Assembly (NCBI RefSeq): GCF_009914755.1 | Contig: NC_060935.1 | Reading direction: 5' to 3' (one strand) | From: the human T2T-CHM13v2.0 reference genome, Homo sapiens | DNA: 64,000 bases | Shown: in pieces, positions 30,518 to 51,681 of the stretch | Layout of the letters: every line of letters starts with the position of its first letter | Numbering within the stretch: position 1 is the first letter of the stretch | Translations under genes and position numbers: made by a program | The notes under the pieces: model-generated | What the model was told of the DNA's origin: nothing | Database searches by the model: none | Seen by the model: only the letters and a program-made list of their open reading frames with translations

Positions 30518-31429
30518 GACCTCCCCCTTCGTCCCCGGCAGCCACTGCCAGCTTCTTTCTTGCGGTGGGCTGAGCCTCAGCCTTTAGTGAGATGGAGAGT
30601 TGGATTCTCACCTGGTCTTGGGTGTCATAATTACTGAGCCAAGGCTGTTCTTGGATCTAGAAGTGAGGACATGACTTACATTGCCTGGGACCATGTGCCT
30701 GCCTGAGATTTATCTCAAGCGGGGGTGGGAGAAAGGAGCCCCACAGACTGAGGACAAAGCAATATCACCCTGTCCTGCACCTCGCCTGTCCTGTTCTTCC
30801 TCAGGACTGGCCACGCTGAGGTGTCACTTTTCTTCCTAAAATCCTCTGCAGCGTTGGAGACAGCATCCCCAACCCCCCAAAAGAAAGTAAACATAATGCT
30901 TACTTTCTTTCTTGTGAATACTAATCCTGGCTAAATTATTCACTTCTTTTTAAACCCCTATTTTATTTTTTAAACAAAGCTTTTCTTTATTGACTGAGAA
31001 GGATTTACCCCTCAGAATCCAGGCATCTCTCTCAGCCCCATGGAGAAGGGGGAGACGGGATCGAATGTGTTGGGAGCTGAGCAGTAAGAAGGGAATCTCA
31101 GGAAATCCCACTGGTGCTCAGACATGGGATCACATCACCCTCTCAAAGAGGCTCCCCTGGGCTCTCTGTCCCGCCCCGCCCCGCACCCCCACCCCCTTTC
31201 CATTTCCTGTATTTTCTCTGTAACACGATGGTTCTGGGATGACCTCACTTGCTGACTTTTCTTCCACTGGAAGTCGGCCCCATGAGCGCAGGGACCTCAT
31301 TTTTCTTGCTTGCCAGAGCATCTGCCTCACCCCAGAACCTCATCTGCCACACCGAGGTGCGCAGGAAGTGTTCACTGCACAACTGCACAGTGCTTTCTAG
31401 GTTAATACATGTTTATCCATTCCTTGCCT

Positions 31430-31840
31430 TTAAAAAAAATTGTGGTAAAATGTATATAACATAAAATTGACCATGTTAACCATTTATAAATGCATAGTTC
31501 TGTGGTATTAAGTACATTCACATTGCTGTGCAACCATCCTCAGCATCCATCCATCTCCAGCCCTTTTTCATCTTCCCAGATTGAAGCTCTGTGCCTGTTA
31601 AATACTGACCGCCCGTCCCCGACCCCAGCCCTGGGAAACTCTCTTCTATTCTCTGACTCCCTGAATCTGACTGCTCCAGGTACCTCCTATAAGTGGAGTC
31701 ATACAGTACTTGCCCTTTTGTGACTGGCTTCTTTCACTTAGCCCTAATGTTTTCAGGTTCAACCATGTTGCAGCATATGTCAGAATTCCCTCCCTTTTTA
31801 GGGCTAAATAATATTCCACTGTCTGTGTAGACCACATTTC
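31430..31840 (-). mobile_element. L1MB3-like 3' end
   Basis: aattgtggtaaaatgtatataacataaaattgaccat...ggtacctcctataagtggagtcatacagta. Confidence 0.9.
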
Positions 31841-31877
31841 ACCACTTGCCTTTTAATGGCCGAGTAGTATACCTTCA

Positions 31878-32205
31878 TTTATTTATTTTTTGTTATTTTA
31901 TTTTATTTTATTTTATTTTTTTGAGACAGGGTTTCGTTCTGTTGCCCAGGCCGGAGTGCAGTGGCACAATTACACCTCACTGCAGCCTCAACCTCCCTGG
32001 GTCAGGTGATCCTCTCACCTCAGCCTTTTGAGTAGCTGGGACTACAGGTAAGCGCCACCACACCTAGATAATTTTTGTATTATTTTGTAGAGACGGGGTT
32101 TCACCGTGTTGCCCAAGCTGATCTTGAACTCCTGAGCTCAAGCGATCTGCTCACCTCAGCCTCCCAAAGTGCTGGGATTACAGGCATGAGCCACTGTGCT
32201 CGGCC
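31878..32205 (-). mobile_element. AluJ
   Basis: Full Alu; TSD taccttcattta. Confidence 0.93.
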
Positions 32206-32974
32206 TACCTTCATTTAAGTTAAAATTCTTTACAGAGAGTCATTTAGGTTTATTTTTTTATTTTTTTATTTAGTAACAAATTAGAAAAGCATACCCTTTA
32301 ATTTTTTTATACACTCATGCTATTATTTCTGTAGGGGACATTTCTAAAAGTGAGACGGCTGAGTCATAGGTTGTAAATAAGCACTTCAAAGGTTTTTGAA
32401 TATTGTCAAATGGTTCTTCCAAAAGGTTACACCAATTCCTGTTGACAGCAAAAGAGTTTGAGTATGTTCTTCCCCCAACGCTGTTTCCATCTTTCAAAAT
32501 TCTGCCCAACTGGCAGATAAAACATGATTATCTCATTGTTTTAATTTGCTTTTCCTTAAACATCATGGAGACAGAACCTGTATTTTTTGTTTCTTGGTCA
32601 TTTATGTATTTCTATTTTGGGGATTTTCTATTTCTGTCCTTTGTCCATTTTCCCATTTTCGTCTTATTTTCATTCTCCCTAGGATGTTCCTACATTTTCT
32701 GGTCACGATCTTTTGCTACAGATATCTATTCTGAATCGGTGGTTTGTTGTTTTCACTTTGTTTATGGTGTCTTGTGTTGAACAGAAACACCCCATTCTAA
32801 CATAGTCACATTTATCAATCTTTTCTTTTATGATGTGCTTTTCACATCGCATTTAAGAAATCCTTCCCCTGTGCAGAGATCAAAATTAGGTTTCTCTTGT
32901 ACTTTCTACTTATAAATGTTTTACAATTTTGCTTTTCATCTTTGGAAACTTTATGGACCTTGGTTTTGGCCCAG

Positions 32975-33361
32975 TGTTATCTATGGTGGGTTTCCCCAGG
33001 GGTTGATCCTGAGACAAGGATTTGGGTGGAAGAGGGGAAGGCAAGTCCTAGGAAGGGTGCACTGATGAGCAGGTGCCACTGGGAATGGTGGGGAGGTGGT
33101 GTAAGACATACCCCACAACTGTCCCTCTGGAGGGGCCAGGAAGCTGTGGTATTATCCTTCAGCCTCTGCCCATTACCACCAGCACTACCAGACCCTACTC
33201 CTGGGACGATGACTCCCTGGTTCTTCCAGCTACTGTTCTTGCAAGGTCAGTGGAAGCCCTGGGGTCTCAGAGGGCCATGGGTGTTCACAGGGGACACCTT
33301 TATATGCACTGGGTCAGGGGATTGAAGGGAGAGTGGCCTAGGCACCCCGGTGTCTGCTATA
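32975..33361 (-). mobile_element. LTR67B-like ERVL LTR
   Basis: cctgagacaaggatttg...gggccaggaagctgtggtatt...ggcaccccggtgtctgctata. Confidence 0.7.
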
Positions 33362-34114
33362 GTGTGAGGCTGGAACCTACATTAATTTCGTTCCAAATGG
33401 ACAACCAATGGACCAAACAGGATTTTTTTTATCCATCCACTTTCTTACTGATTTTATTAAATCAGATTTCTGGGGTTCAGTATTCTGGGTGTATCTGTCT
33501 ATCCTGTGTTGCTATCACATTGTTTAAATGATCACAGCTTTATAAGTCTTGATACCTGGTAGGGGAAATCCCTCCTCATACCTTGACTTGTTGCTCTTGT
33601 TTGAAATTGTTTTGGCTATTCTTGGCCCTTTATTTTGCATTTGCATTTTAGGATTATATTATCGAGTTCCCTGAAAAGCCCCATTCAGAATTTGATTGGC
33701 CTTGTGTTAACTTTATAGATTAATCTAGGAAGCATCGTTTTGTTTATGGTGTTGAGTCTTTCTATCCATGAACACGCTATAGATCTTTATTTATTCATGA
33801 CTTCTGTGTTCTGCAGCAATATTTTATGCTTTCCTCCATAAAGATCCTACACATCACTCCCTCTCTTGAAATCTCAGTTCCCATTGTTTTTGCTGCTATT
33901 GTAAGTGATGCCTTCTTATAACATGTTTTCTAGTCAATTATTGCTGGGCATAGAAGTATTCTTGATCTTTTATAATGTACATTAATCTTATATCCAGCAA
34001 CCCTGCCAAACCTTTATCACTTTTCAGAGTTTGTGGAAGCTCTTGGATTTTCTATGTCAACAATCATATTATTATCAGCAAAGAATCACAATATGTTGCT
34101 TTTTTCTTTCCTAT

Positions 34115-34926
<812 letters not shown>

Positions 34927-35159
34927 CTATTATTACACTGTTCCTTTTTCTTGTCTTACTGAATTGGCTAGGACCTCCAGTACAATGTTGAATACAGGAG
35001 TGGTTGCTGGCACCCTTATTTTATTCCTGAATTTTCATGGTAATGCTTCTAATGTTTTAACATGAATAATCTTATCTGCTATGAGTTTCTGATAGATGTC
35101 TTTGATCAAACTAAGGGAAATCCTTTCTATTTTTAGTTTGTATCATGTATAGGAGTTGA

Positions 35160-35496
<337 letters not shown>

Positions 35497-36010
35497 TGAG
35501 ATGGTGATGTTTTCTCTTCTTAATCTGTTAATGTGGCAAATTCTATGTAACATATTTTTCTAAAATTGACCATTGCGTGCCTAGGATAATGCCAATTTGG
35601 TTATGATGTATATATGTTTAAAATGCACTGCTTAATTTGTTTTGCTTGTATTTATTTAGGATTTTTATATCTCTGTTTAAAAGGGGGATTGGCTTATAAT
35701 TTTCTTTTTCATGCCATCTATGTCCAACTGACATATTAGTGATGCCATCTTCCTAAAATAAGTAGGGTCTGTCTTTTATATTATTTGAAAACTTTGCTTA
35801 CAATTTCATTCAAGGTTTAATATTTATTAGCATAAAGTTGTTCATCATCTTCTCTAATGATTTTTAACATTCCTGTGGTATGACTAGTTAGGATCTCTTC
35901 CGAGGAACATTGTTTTTGTTCATGCCTTCATCCTTTGAGGTGATTGGACTTGCTAGAAGTTTGTTCATTTTGTTGTTCTTTTGGAGGCATTAGCTTTCGG
36001 CCCTGCAGAC

Positions 36011-36880
<870 letters not shown>

Positions 36881-37270
36881 TCTTTTGCCATTTTAATTTC
36901 ATTCCTTTTACTTCCTTTGACTTTCTCTAATTTTTTTTCTAACGTCTTGAGTTGAATGCTTTAGTCATTGTTTTCAGTCTTCATTTTTTTAAATAAAAAT
37001 ATAATACAGTTAAGGGTATAAATTTAGAACAAGTACCTATGCATTTTAACTGCATCCCACAAGTTTTGAAAAGTAGTACTTCCATAGACATTCAGTTCTA
37101 AATATTTTGTCATTTATTTGTAGGTTCCTTTATCATCTATAGTTACCTAAGGCTAATTTCTTATTTCTAAATGAGGTGGGTTAAAAATTATTTTTTAAAA
37201 TCGTGAATCTTCAGTTTACCTGAATTGTGCTTAGATATTAGGGCCTATAAGATACAGATTCTTCCACATA

Positions 37271-37307
<37 letters not shown>

Positions 37308-37590
37308 GAGACAGGGTCTCACTCTGTCACCCAGGCTTGAGTGCAGTGGCATGATCTTGGCTCACTGCAACTTCTGCCTCATGGGTTTAAGCTATCCTCC
37401 CACCTCAGCCTTCCACCTCAGCTGGGATTACAGGCACGTGCCAGCACACCTGACTAGTTTTTGTATTTTTAGTAGAGGCGGGGTTTCACCATGTTGGCCA
37501 GGCTGGTCTAGAACTCCTGACCTCAAGTGATTCGCCCGCCTCTGCCTCCCAAAGTGCTGGGGTTACAAGCGTGAGCCACTGTGCCCGGCC
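37271..37590 (-). mobile_element. AluS
   Basis: Full Alu; TSD cacat(a)ttttt. Confidence 0.93.
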
Positions 37591-38029
37591 CACATTTTTT
37601 ATTATCTCCTCTGTGACCTTGTAAATGGTCAGTCTTTACATATGTTCAGTTTATGCTTGAAACTAATGAATATGGTTTATTTGTTGCATCCAGGGCTCTA
37701 TATAAAGTAGATTAAGCTTGTGAATTTTGCTGTTCAGACATTAGAAACCATTGCATCATTTTTTATCTGCTTGAACCTATTTGTTTTTGATAGATGAGCA
37801 TCAGAATCTTTCTCCATGCCTGTGGCTGTTCAATTTCTCCTTGTAAAAGAGTCAGTTTTTGCTTTGTATATATTGAGGTTATATTGTTAGGTGCATGCAA
37901 ATTCAAGCTTTGGGGGCTAGTACACTTTACCATTATGTTGTATATTTATTTATGCCTAATAATGCGTTCTGTCATAAATTATTGTTTTAATATTGCCAGG
38001 CCAGCTTTCATGGGTTGGTTTTGGTCTGG

Positions 38030-38410
38030 CTTCTAGCTGCCACCCAGTATGAATGTCCTCCTTTTTCCTTAGTAGCCCACCCAAGTTGTGTTAGTGGTGA
38101 AAATGTACCTGGCTGAAAGACTTCATTAAACAGTCTCCCTTTCTGCAGGATGAGGCCCTATGACTAGATGCCAGCCCAGGTCAAGAAGGCTGCTTGAAAG
38201 AGTCAACCGAGTGGGGAGGGTGTCCTTTTATTTCTGCCTTTCTGCTGCCTGGAATGCTGAGTGGATGGCTGGAATTCCAGCAGCCATCTTTGAATATGAG
38301 GTTGCCTTGAGGATGGTACCAGGTACTGGAGGTGTGGAACAGAAAGAAGGAAATTACTGGATCCCTATTGACAAAGGAACTATTCTACCTTTTCTGGGTG
38401 GCTTTCATTC
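38030..38410 (+). mobile_element. MLT1J/K-like MaLR LTR fragment
   Basis: ctgctgcctggaatgctgagtggatggctggaattccagcagccatctttga. Confidence 0.7.
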
Positions 38411-38415
38411 ATACC

Positions 38416-38717
38416 TTTTTTTTTTTTTTTTTTTGAGACAGAGTTTTGCTCTTGTTGCCCATGCTGGAGTGCAATGGCGCAATCTCAGCTCACAGCAACA
38501 TCCGCCTCCTGAGTTCAAGCAAATCTCCCACCTCAGCCTCCTGAGTAGCTGGGATCACGGTCATGCGCCACCACACCCGGCTAATTTTGTATTTTTAGCA
38601 GAGACGGAGTTTCTCCATGTTGGTCAGGCTGTTTTCAAACTCCCAACCTCAGGTGATCCCCCCAGCTCAGCCTCCCAAAGTGCTGGGATTACAGGCGTGA
38701 GCCACTGCGCCCCGGCC
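38416..38717 (-). mobile_element. AluSp-type
   Basis: gagttttgctcttgttgccc and gagtttctccatgttggtcagg; TSD tcattcatac. Confidence 0.93.
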
Positions 38718-38786
38718 TCATTCATACTTTTTAATGTGAGAGTGGCTTTACTGTGTTTTTGACTTATTTTATTTGACTCTTTTTGA

Positions 38787-39010
<224 letters not shown>

Positions 39011-39044
39011 AATACTGTATTTTTGTTCCTTTCTAATCCTTGAC

Positions 39045-40460
<1,416 letters not shown>

Positions 40461-40470
40461 CCTCTCAGAC

Positions 40471-40655
40471 TGACCGACCATCTGGTCAACTCATCAGCTT
40501 CTGCCCATGAATCAGTGTAGACCCATACTTCTGGCCATCTCTCCTTCTGAGCAAAGTGGACAACCAGGTGTTCTCTGTAAGTTCTGCCCAGTGGGAGGAT
40601 TTTCCTGCTCCATTGTCCCTCAGGGCCTCTCCAAGTAAGGCAGTGATCATCCATA
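40471..40655 (-). pseudogene. ERVL pol (RNase H) fragment
   Basis: HLVVHFAQKERWPEVWVYTDSWA within minus-strand ORF 40313-40654. Confidence 0.85.
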
Positions 40656-40709
40656 TACTAGGCTCAGGGATTTTCTTTTTCAGTCATCTGGCGGGTGAGG
40701 GGCTGCCAT

Positions 40710-41102
<393 letters not shown>

Positions 41103-41524
41103 TGATCCTGAGCGTACAGTAGGTGTTCACATAATTCATTGATATCAGTATCAGTACAAAGCTCCCTTTGCACAGAGTGGGACAAATCCTCATCCTAAAG
41201 ACTTGATTGATGCCATCAGTTTACTGGATCCTTGCAACTTGGCTTTATCATGACATTTACATCTGAGCAGGGAGTTTAATATCAGTTTCAAGCTGGCCCT
41301 GGCATGGCAGGAGGTGGAAGTGAGTCTTCCCACAGGTCAGTGGATGTCGGGCAACTTGCTGGCATGGCAGTCTCTGAAGGGCTAACAGGGTCCTCTGACC
41401 TAGGAATGGGCAGAAGCTGGTGCCTGTGACCTGCTGCTGCCCTCCGAGGCACCTGTGCTGCTCTTGCGCCTTCCTTGATGTCTCTTGTGCTTCCTGTCTG
41501 CAACTGCTCTGTAGAAACAGCACC

Positions 41525-41942
41525 TGTTACCGGTGATTTGTGTTCCCCCAGAAAGATACATTGAATTCCTAATCCCCAGTACCTCAGAATGTGACCTTAT
41601 TTGGGGTTAGGGTCTTTGCGGTAGTCAATTGAAGATGAGATCATTAGGGTAGGACTTCATACAATCTTACTGTGTCTTTACAAAGGGACTTTTGGACCCA
41701 GAGACAGATACAAAGGGAAAATGTCATGTGAAGATGAAGGCAGAGATTGGGGTAATGCATAAGAAATGTCAAAGACTGCCAGCAAACCCCCGGAAGCTAG
41801 GAGAAAGGAATGGGACAGATTCTCCCTTGCATCCTTCAGAAGGAACCAACCCTGGCCTCCAGAACTGTGAGATGATAAATGTCTGTTATTTTAATCATTC
41901 AATCTGTGGCAGTTGTTATGGCAACCCCAGGAAACAAATGCA
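41525..41942 (+). mobile_element. MLT1B/C MaLR LTR
   Basis: cctaatccccagtacctcagaatgtgaccttatttgg...gaagatgaaggcagagattgg; 5-bp TSD gca(c/t)c. Confidence 0.9.
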
Positions 41943-42669
41943 GCATCCATCACTCCTCTAACACTCAGGAAGTCTTTCCCTCAGGCCTGTCTCTCACCCT
42001 GAAGTCTCCTCCCAATCCTCTCCATCCCATGTCTGAATTTTTCTATTCAGCGATGACAACAAGTCAAGTTGACATCAAGGTGGTGGATGAGTGTGGGCTC
42101 AAAGCTGCTGGGGTCCTGCATATGCCCCCCAGGCTGGTGCACATTCCTGCTGGCCAGGTCTAGACTTCACTTTGACCCTTTTGTAATCCCTAGGTTGGTG
42201 CAGGTATGGAGAAGGGTCAGCTAAAGACTGATGGTCAAGAGTAAAGAGGCTGGGTCCAGGATACTGAGTCCTCTTTCTTTTGTCTTATTTTAAATGTTGG
42301 ATTTCAGAACCATGTTGCTCCAGCTTCAGGAATGTGTGACTGAAGGTACAGGATCTCATTCAGATTAAGGAAAATATTATAAATTTTCTTGTTATTCACA
42401 TTTTAAAAATTCCTCTAGATCACAAATTCATGTAGGCAATAGGAAAATGATATTTATTTTTGAGAAAATACAGAGGCTTTGTTAATAAGTTAGTTAAAGC
42501 ACAACTGAGTTGAAGAATAAATCCTGTTTTCCCTGAACTAATAGGACTAGTAAGAAATGAAGAGAAGTCTTCAATCCTGAAATGCCCTATAGCATCACTG
42601 TTAAACTTAGTTCAATAGATTTGCTGGGAGAGAGAGGTGGGAGTAGAGGTGTTGCTTCCCGCCACCCAC

Positions 42670-44453
<1,784 letters not shown>

Positions 44454-44767
44454 TGAAAGATTGTATCAGTGGGTGCCCCCCTCTACTTTGAGCCAACAGT
44501 GGTGTTGGGGGCTCATTTCAAACCAGAAGCAGACACTCTAACGGTGCTTGATTCCAGATCTTCTTCAGCCCCACCCTGTGACATGGCACCATGGACAACA
44601 CACTCTTCACGTCTCCCAGGTTTTGGTGTTCTGTGTCTTACAGGCTTTTGTGTTCACGACCCCAGCGGACCTTCAACATTGATCCTGCAAGGTCGAGAGG
44701 GCCAGAGCCCATCCCTATGGATGGGAAACCTGATGCCACAGAAAGTCAAATGACCTGAGTCAGCAAG

Positions 44768-45655
44768 TGTATGGGTCAGCTCAGGCTGCCATAACAAAAT
44801 ATCACAGACTGCAGGACTTAAACAACAGAAATTAATTTTCTTACCGTTCTGGAGGCTGGAAGCCCAAGATCAAGGTGTTGGCAGTTTGGTTTCTTCTGAG
44901 AATTTTCTTCTTGGTTTCCAGATGCTGCCTTCTTGCTGTGTCCTAATGAAGTAGGAGACCAGCAGGACTTGTTTTCTGGTCACAACCCTGCTGACCAAAA
45001 TAGGATCTGGTCCAGAAAGATAAAGTAAAAAACCGAAGCCAACTGGCCCAAACCAATAGATGGTTGCAAAAGCAATCTCTGGCTGCCCTCAGGGCTCATT
45101 AGCATAAGACACTCCCACAAGCACCATGACAATTTACAAATGCCCAGGTCATTCTACAATGACCGGGAAATTACTGCGCCTTTCCTACCCAGCCTTCAAT
45201 TTACATTGAACCACCCCTTAATTTGCATGCAATTGAAATTGGGCTTACGTGAACATAAATACAGTTGCCAAGAGCCCATACAACGCTTACTCTGGGCACA
45301 CTGCCCGTGAGTCAGGCCTGCTCTGCAAGGGGCAGAACATCAGCTCCCCTTGAATTCTCTCCTGTGTGAAGCCAAGCACTGTCCCAGGCTAAGCCCCAAT
45401 TCTGAGGCTTTCCTGTCCTACACCACTCACGTGGCCATTTCTCTGTGCAAGCACCTCCCTGGTGTCTCTGTGGCTCCACATTTCCTCTGCTTATAAGAAC
45501 CCCAGTCACATTGGATTAGGACTCATCCTAATGGCCTCATTTAACTTGATTGCCTGATTAGAGCTCCTATCTCCAAATACAGTCACATTCTGAGGGACTA
45601 GGCTTGGGACTTCAACATATGAATTTTGAGATGGGCACAGTTCTGCTCCTCACAG
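44768..45655 (-). mobile_element. MLT1A-like MaLR LTR interrupted by a MER66-family LTR
   Basis: caggctgccataacaaaatatcacagact...tatctccaaatacagtcacattctgagg...cttcaacatatgaattttg. Confidence 0.88.
44947..45425 (+). mobile_element. MER66C-like ERV1 solo LTR
   Basis: tgaagtaggagaccagcaggacttgttttctggtcacaaccctgctgacc...gctaagccccaattc; TG...CA ends; TSD ct(a/c)a. Confidence 0.8.
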
Positions 45656-45662
45656 CGAGTTA

Positions 45663-46204
<542 letters not shown>

Positions 46205-46899
46205 TTACCAGCCTCTGATGTGGGGAATCTTGCGGTTCATAGATTCAGCCCAGTTTTCCAAAGTGATTCCAACAAATGGACTCTAGAAGTTCTTTTTCTA
46301 CCAAGTTTCTTTCATTAGCTCCAGCAGAAAGCAATGCAGGGGAGAAAGCGCTGAGTTGAAGATGAGAGCCCAGAGGTTTCGGGAAGTTTGGCTTCCCAAT
46401 CAGTAGTTGCATGAGCCTTTTCTACAAAATGAGGATGGCCCTATCATCTGGAAAAGCTCTTTGTAATCTGTAAACAAAACACTTTATGAACATTAATAAT
46501 AAAATAACATAAAACAAGAAAGAAATAGACAGAATCCAAATCATTGGTATCTGTGAAGGAAATAAAGTTAGTACAGATTGAAATAGAAAAAGTGTGATTT
46601 GTAACTTTGCTGTGAAGTTCAGCTTCATTTTCATTTGCTCTGGACATTAACAATGTGACTGACAGACTGACTTCTGACTTGGAATTTCTAACAACCCCAT
46701 CAAGAGGCTGTACCCAGCATCTCAATGAGCCAGACTGCGGGTGACGTTTCCCATTCAGCAATTGCTGGTATTGGTGAGCCGCGTTCAATGTTTCTTGGCA
46801 AGGCCAGGCCCAAAGAGGTAGTTGGAAGAGTCTCCCGGGTGGCTGATTATCTTGGGCACACTAGACTTGGAGTTCAAAACACATAGAAAAACAGCACGA

Positions 46900-47220
46900 A
46901 TGAATGGAAAAAAGGAACTGGAGACACAGTGACCCGCGAAATGGGTGAAGAGAACGTAGTCTTAGGAACGCCGAGAGGGATATTTCCCAGGAGTAGCACC
47001 AGCTTTGTGGTTGGTGAGGTTTTAATTAGATTTGAAGGCTTTTGTTTAAGCCTCAGGATAGTAGATTTAAACAGATCGATACACTGAATTCGAATGTAGG
47101 GAGTATCATGGGACACTGGAGACCGGTCCTCAGCAGAGGAATAGGGGCTGGCAGTGTTGTCACATGTGTCCCTGACACATGTGTGGGAAAGAGAACTGGG
47201 AGGGACCAGGCTGTTTAGAA
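46900..47220 (+). mobile_element. Possible L3/CR1 fragment
   Basis: gacactggagaccggtcc...gagaactggagggaccaggctgtttag loosely resembles the L3 3' ORF2 consensus. Confidence 0.35.
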
Positions 47221-47459
47221 TGCTGTAGATACGGGTTTCGCACTTGGCCTCTTGCACCAGGCACTAGATGAATAACCACGGGCAAGTCAGTCCGACACTC
47301 TGATTTCTCCCCGCCGAGCGGGCACAGCGACATCTCGGGGATTCGGACATGGAGATGAGAGCCTAGATGTTGGCTGGGTTGCAGAACAAGCCAGCTGGGA
47401 TGGTATCAGAAAGTGTCTTTCTTTTTGCCCCCCAGTGCCCCACTTGAATTCCTGCAGAG

Positions 47460-47930
47460 GGTGAATGAGTGTCCTGTGGTTGCTGGAAAAAAGTGCCACA
47501 AACCAGACAGTGTGAAACAACAGAAACTCACACACAGTCCCGGGGGCCAGAAGTCTGCAATCAGGGTGTCGGCAGGGCCATACTCTCTTCAAAGGTGCTG
47601 GGGGACCCTTCCTGGCCTGTCCATCTTCTGATCATTGCCTGCGTTCTTTGTCTTGTAGACGCGTCACTCCCGTTCCCTCTGTCATCCCAGGGACTTCCTC
47701 CCTTGCCTTTGCATCCTCTTGTCATCTTCCCTCTATGAGTGTGTCTGTGCCCAAGTTTCCCTCCTCTTATAAGGACCCTAGTAAGTCCCTTGGATTTAGG
47801 GTCCACATGAATCCAGTATGACCTAATCTTAACTGGGTTACATCTTCGAAGACTTTATTTTCAAGTAAAGTCACATATTGAAGTTCTGGGTGGACACGAA
47901 TTTGTGGGGGCTGTTGTTCAACTCAGTACA
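47460..47930 (-). mobile_element. MLT1C-like MaLR LTR
   Basis: aaacaacagaaact...ggccagaagtctgcaatcagggtgtcggcagggcca...gttcaactcagtaca. Confidence 0.85.
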
Positions 47931-47958
47931 GTGAGAGATGAAGATGTGGGTGCTCCTA

Positions 47959-48200
47959 GGCCGGGCGCTGTGGCTCATGCCTGTAATCCCAGCATTTTGG
48001 GAGGCTGAGGTGGGCGGATCACGAAGTCAGGAGATCGAGAGCCTACTGGCCAACATGGTGAAACCCCGCCTCTACTAAAAATACACAAAAAATTAGCCAG
48101 GCATTGTGGCCCGTACCTGTAATCCCAGTTACTCAGGAGGCTGAGGCAGGACAATCACTTGAACCAGGGAGTTGGAGGTTGCGTGAACCAAGATAGAAAA
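47959..48200 (+). mobile_element. AluSc-type lacking its last ~35 bp
   Basis: TSD gtgggtgctccta intact on both sides. Confidence 0.92.
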
Positions 48201-48230
48201 GGAAACGTGGGTGCTCCTATGACTTTTTCA

Positions 48231-48560
<330 letters not shown>

Positions 48561-50008
48561 CAAAATAAAGTCTCGATTCAGAAATTCAAGGCTTCCAGTT
48601 CAATGTGTTAGTCCACACATTCTTCCCCATTCCAAGCCAAGGCATCTCGGACAGGCAGCAGGGGCTGGGGAGCATCTAGGTGGCATCTTCCTTCTCTCTG
48701 ATCTCCTTTTTCGTCCCCTCTGAAGGGGAGGGGCAGGCTCCAGGAGGAGCCATTGGGGCAGGAAAGGTCTGCGTGGCTGACACTGTCCTCATGTGGTTCT
48801 GTGTTTGGTGTCTGCCAGAGTTCACAGCTGTCACCTCCTCTCTTGGGACTTGGCCAGTTTGGAGACCCTCAAGGCAGGGGTTCCTTGATGGCAGACCCTG
48901 CGCTCTGGGCAGAGGCTTTGTTCCTGAGTTCACTTCCTCCAAGCAGCCCGCCTCCTACCCCCCTCTGCTGAGGCTGTTTGTCCTTCTAGGTGGCCCGCTG
49001 GCCTGCACCGGCTGGCACTGCAGCCCTCATCTGCCTCCGCCTGGTCAAACTATGGCCTGTGGGCGGGACCATGCTTTAAAATGGGTGAGCCAGCCCTGGT
49101 CTCTCGACTCATCACTGTGCCTCTAACTGTGGGGTCCTCCAGCAGGCTCTTTGGGATGTCCAGGCTCTCCAAGCTGGAGTTATGAGGCAGACACCCCCTT
49201 ACCCTCACCCAACTTGGGGGAGGTGGGACTTCCAGTTCTCTCTAAATAAATCCTTTTTCAAATACCCGCCCTGCCCTGATCCTTTTAGATTCTAGCCCTT
49301 GAAAAGTCGTGACACCTCCTTTTGGCCACCCTGCCCTGACAGCCAGTAGGGAGCCCCGTCTCACTCCTCGCTCTGCTGTCTGAGATCTGGTGTCTTGGTG
49401 CCTCAGTCAGTCTCGAGTGGGAGACCCTGCTGCCCACGTCAAGCGCTAGCACAGGGCTTGGCATATAGCAAGCCCTTGATAAATGGAAGCTGTTGTTATT
49501 CAGACACATTCCTTGCCCTCGTGAGGCTTAGGGGGAATGGCTCAGAAATGGAAAGGTGGCCTCAAAGGGCTCCCTCGATGGCAGTGAGAGGAGAGGATGT
49601 GAGGCTGAGGTGACAGGGAGGGAGCAGGCAGGGCTCCATGCAGGATTCAGGAATTGAACGAACCCTGAGCTTCCGTGGGGTTTGAGTCGGGGAGGCTGGC
49701 TGTGACGTTCAGGGCTGTGTGGATCCAGCAGCCCATAGGAAGGAGCTACAAGGCTTACAATGTTGTGGGAGGTGCTAAGGGCAAGCCATGGACACCAGGC
49801 TTCATCCTGCAGGGGATGACAGGCCTGGCAGGTGTGAGAGCTGAGGACGCACAGTGAGTTGGGGGCTCAGCGGGGGAGGAGCCACGCTGCCGTTCTTCCC
49901 TGCCCATGGCCTCAGAGGCCACGAACCCTTTCTCCTAGACACACTCTTCTCCTTAGACCTCGGCTTTGTCCTGGTTTTTTCCTCGGCTCTCCAGAGTGGG
50001 TTCCCTGG

Positions 50009-50676
<668 letters not shown>

Positions 50677-50886
50677 CTGTTCTGCACCTGCTTCCCCATG
50701 GCTCTTCTTGTCCTCCCAGCAAGGGCACAGGGCTCCCTCCTCACCTCTCTCCTCTCCACTCACCTCACCCGCTCTGCAATCCAACGTCTTCCACAAGGCT
50801 TGTTCACCAACATCAACTCCTATCTTAGCAAATCATAGCAAATTTATTAACAGTGACTTCTAAGTAACATTATTCCTGATGGTGTG

Positions 50887-51681
<795 letters not shown>

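Noticed and set aside
38160-38762. 200-aa ORF
   Set aside because: Reads through an MLT1 LTR and an antisense Alu (typical [13 protein letters not shown] peptide).
48674-48996. Two weaker CTCF-like motifs (catctaggtggcat, cttctaggtggccc)
   Set aside because: Mismatches at key core positions; expected by chance in 64 kb.
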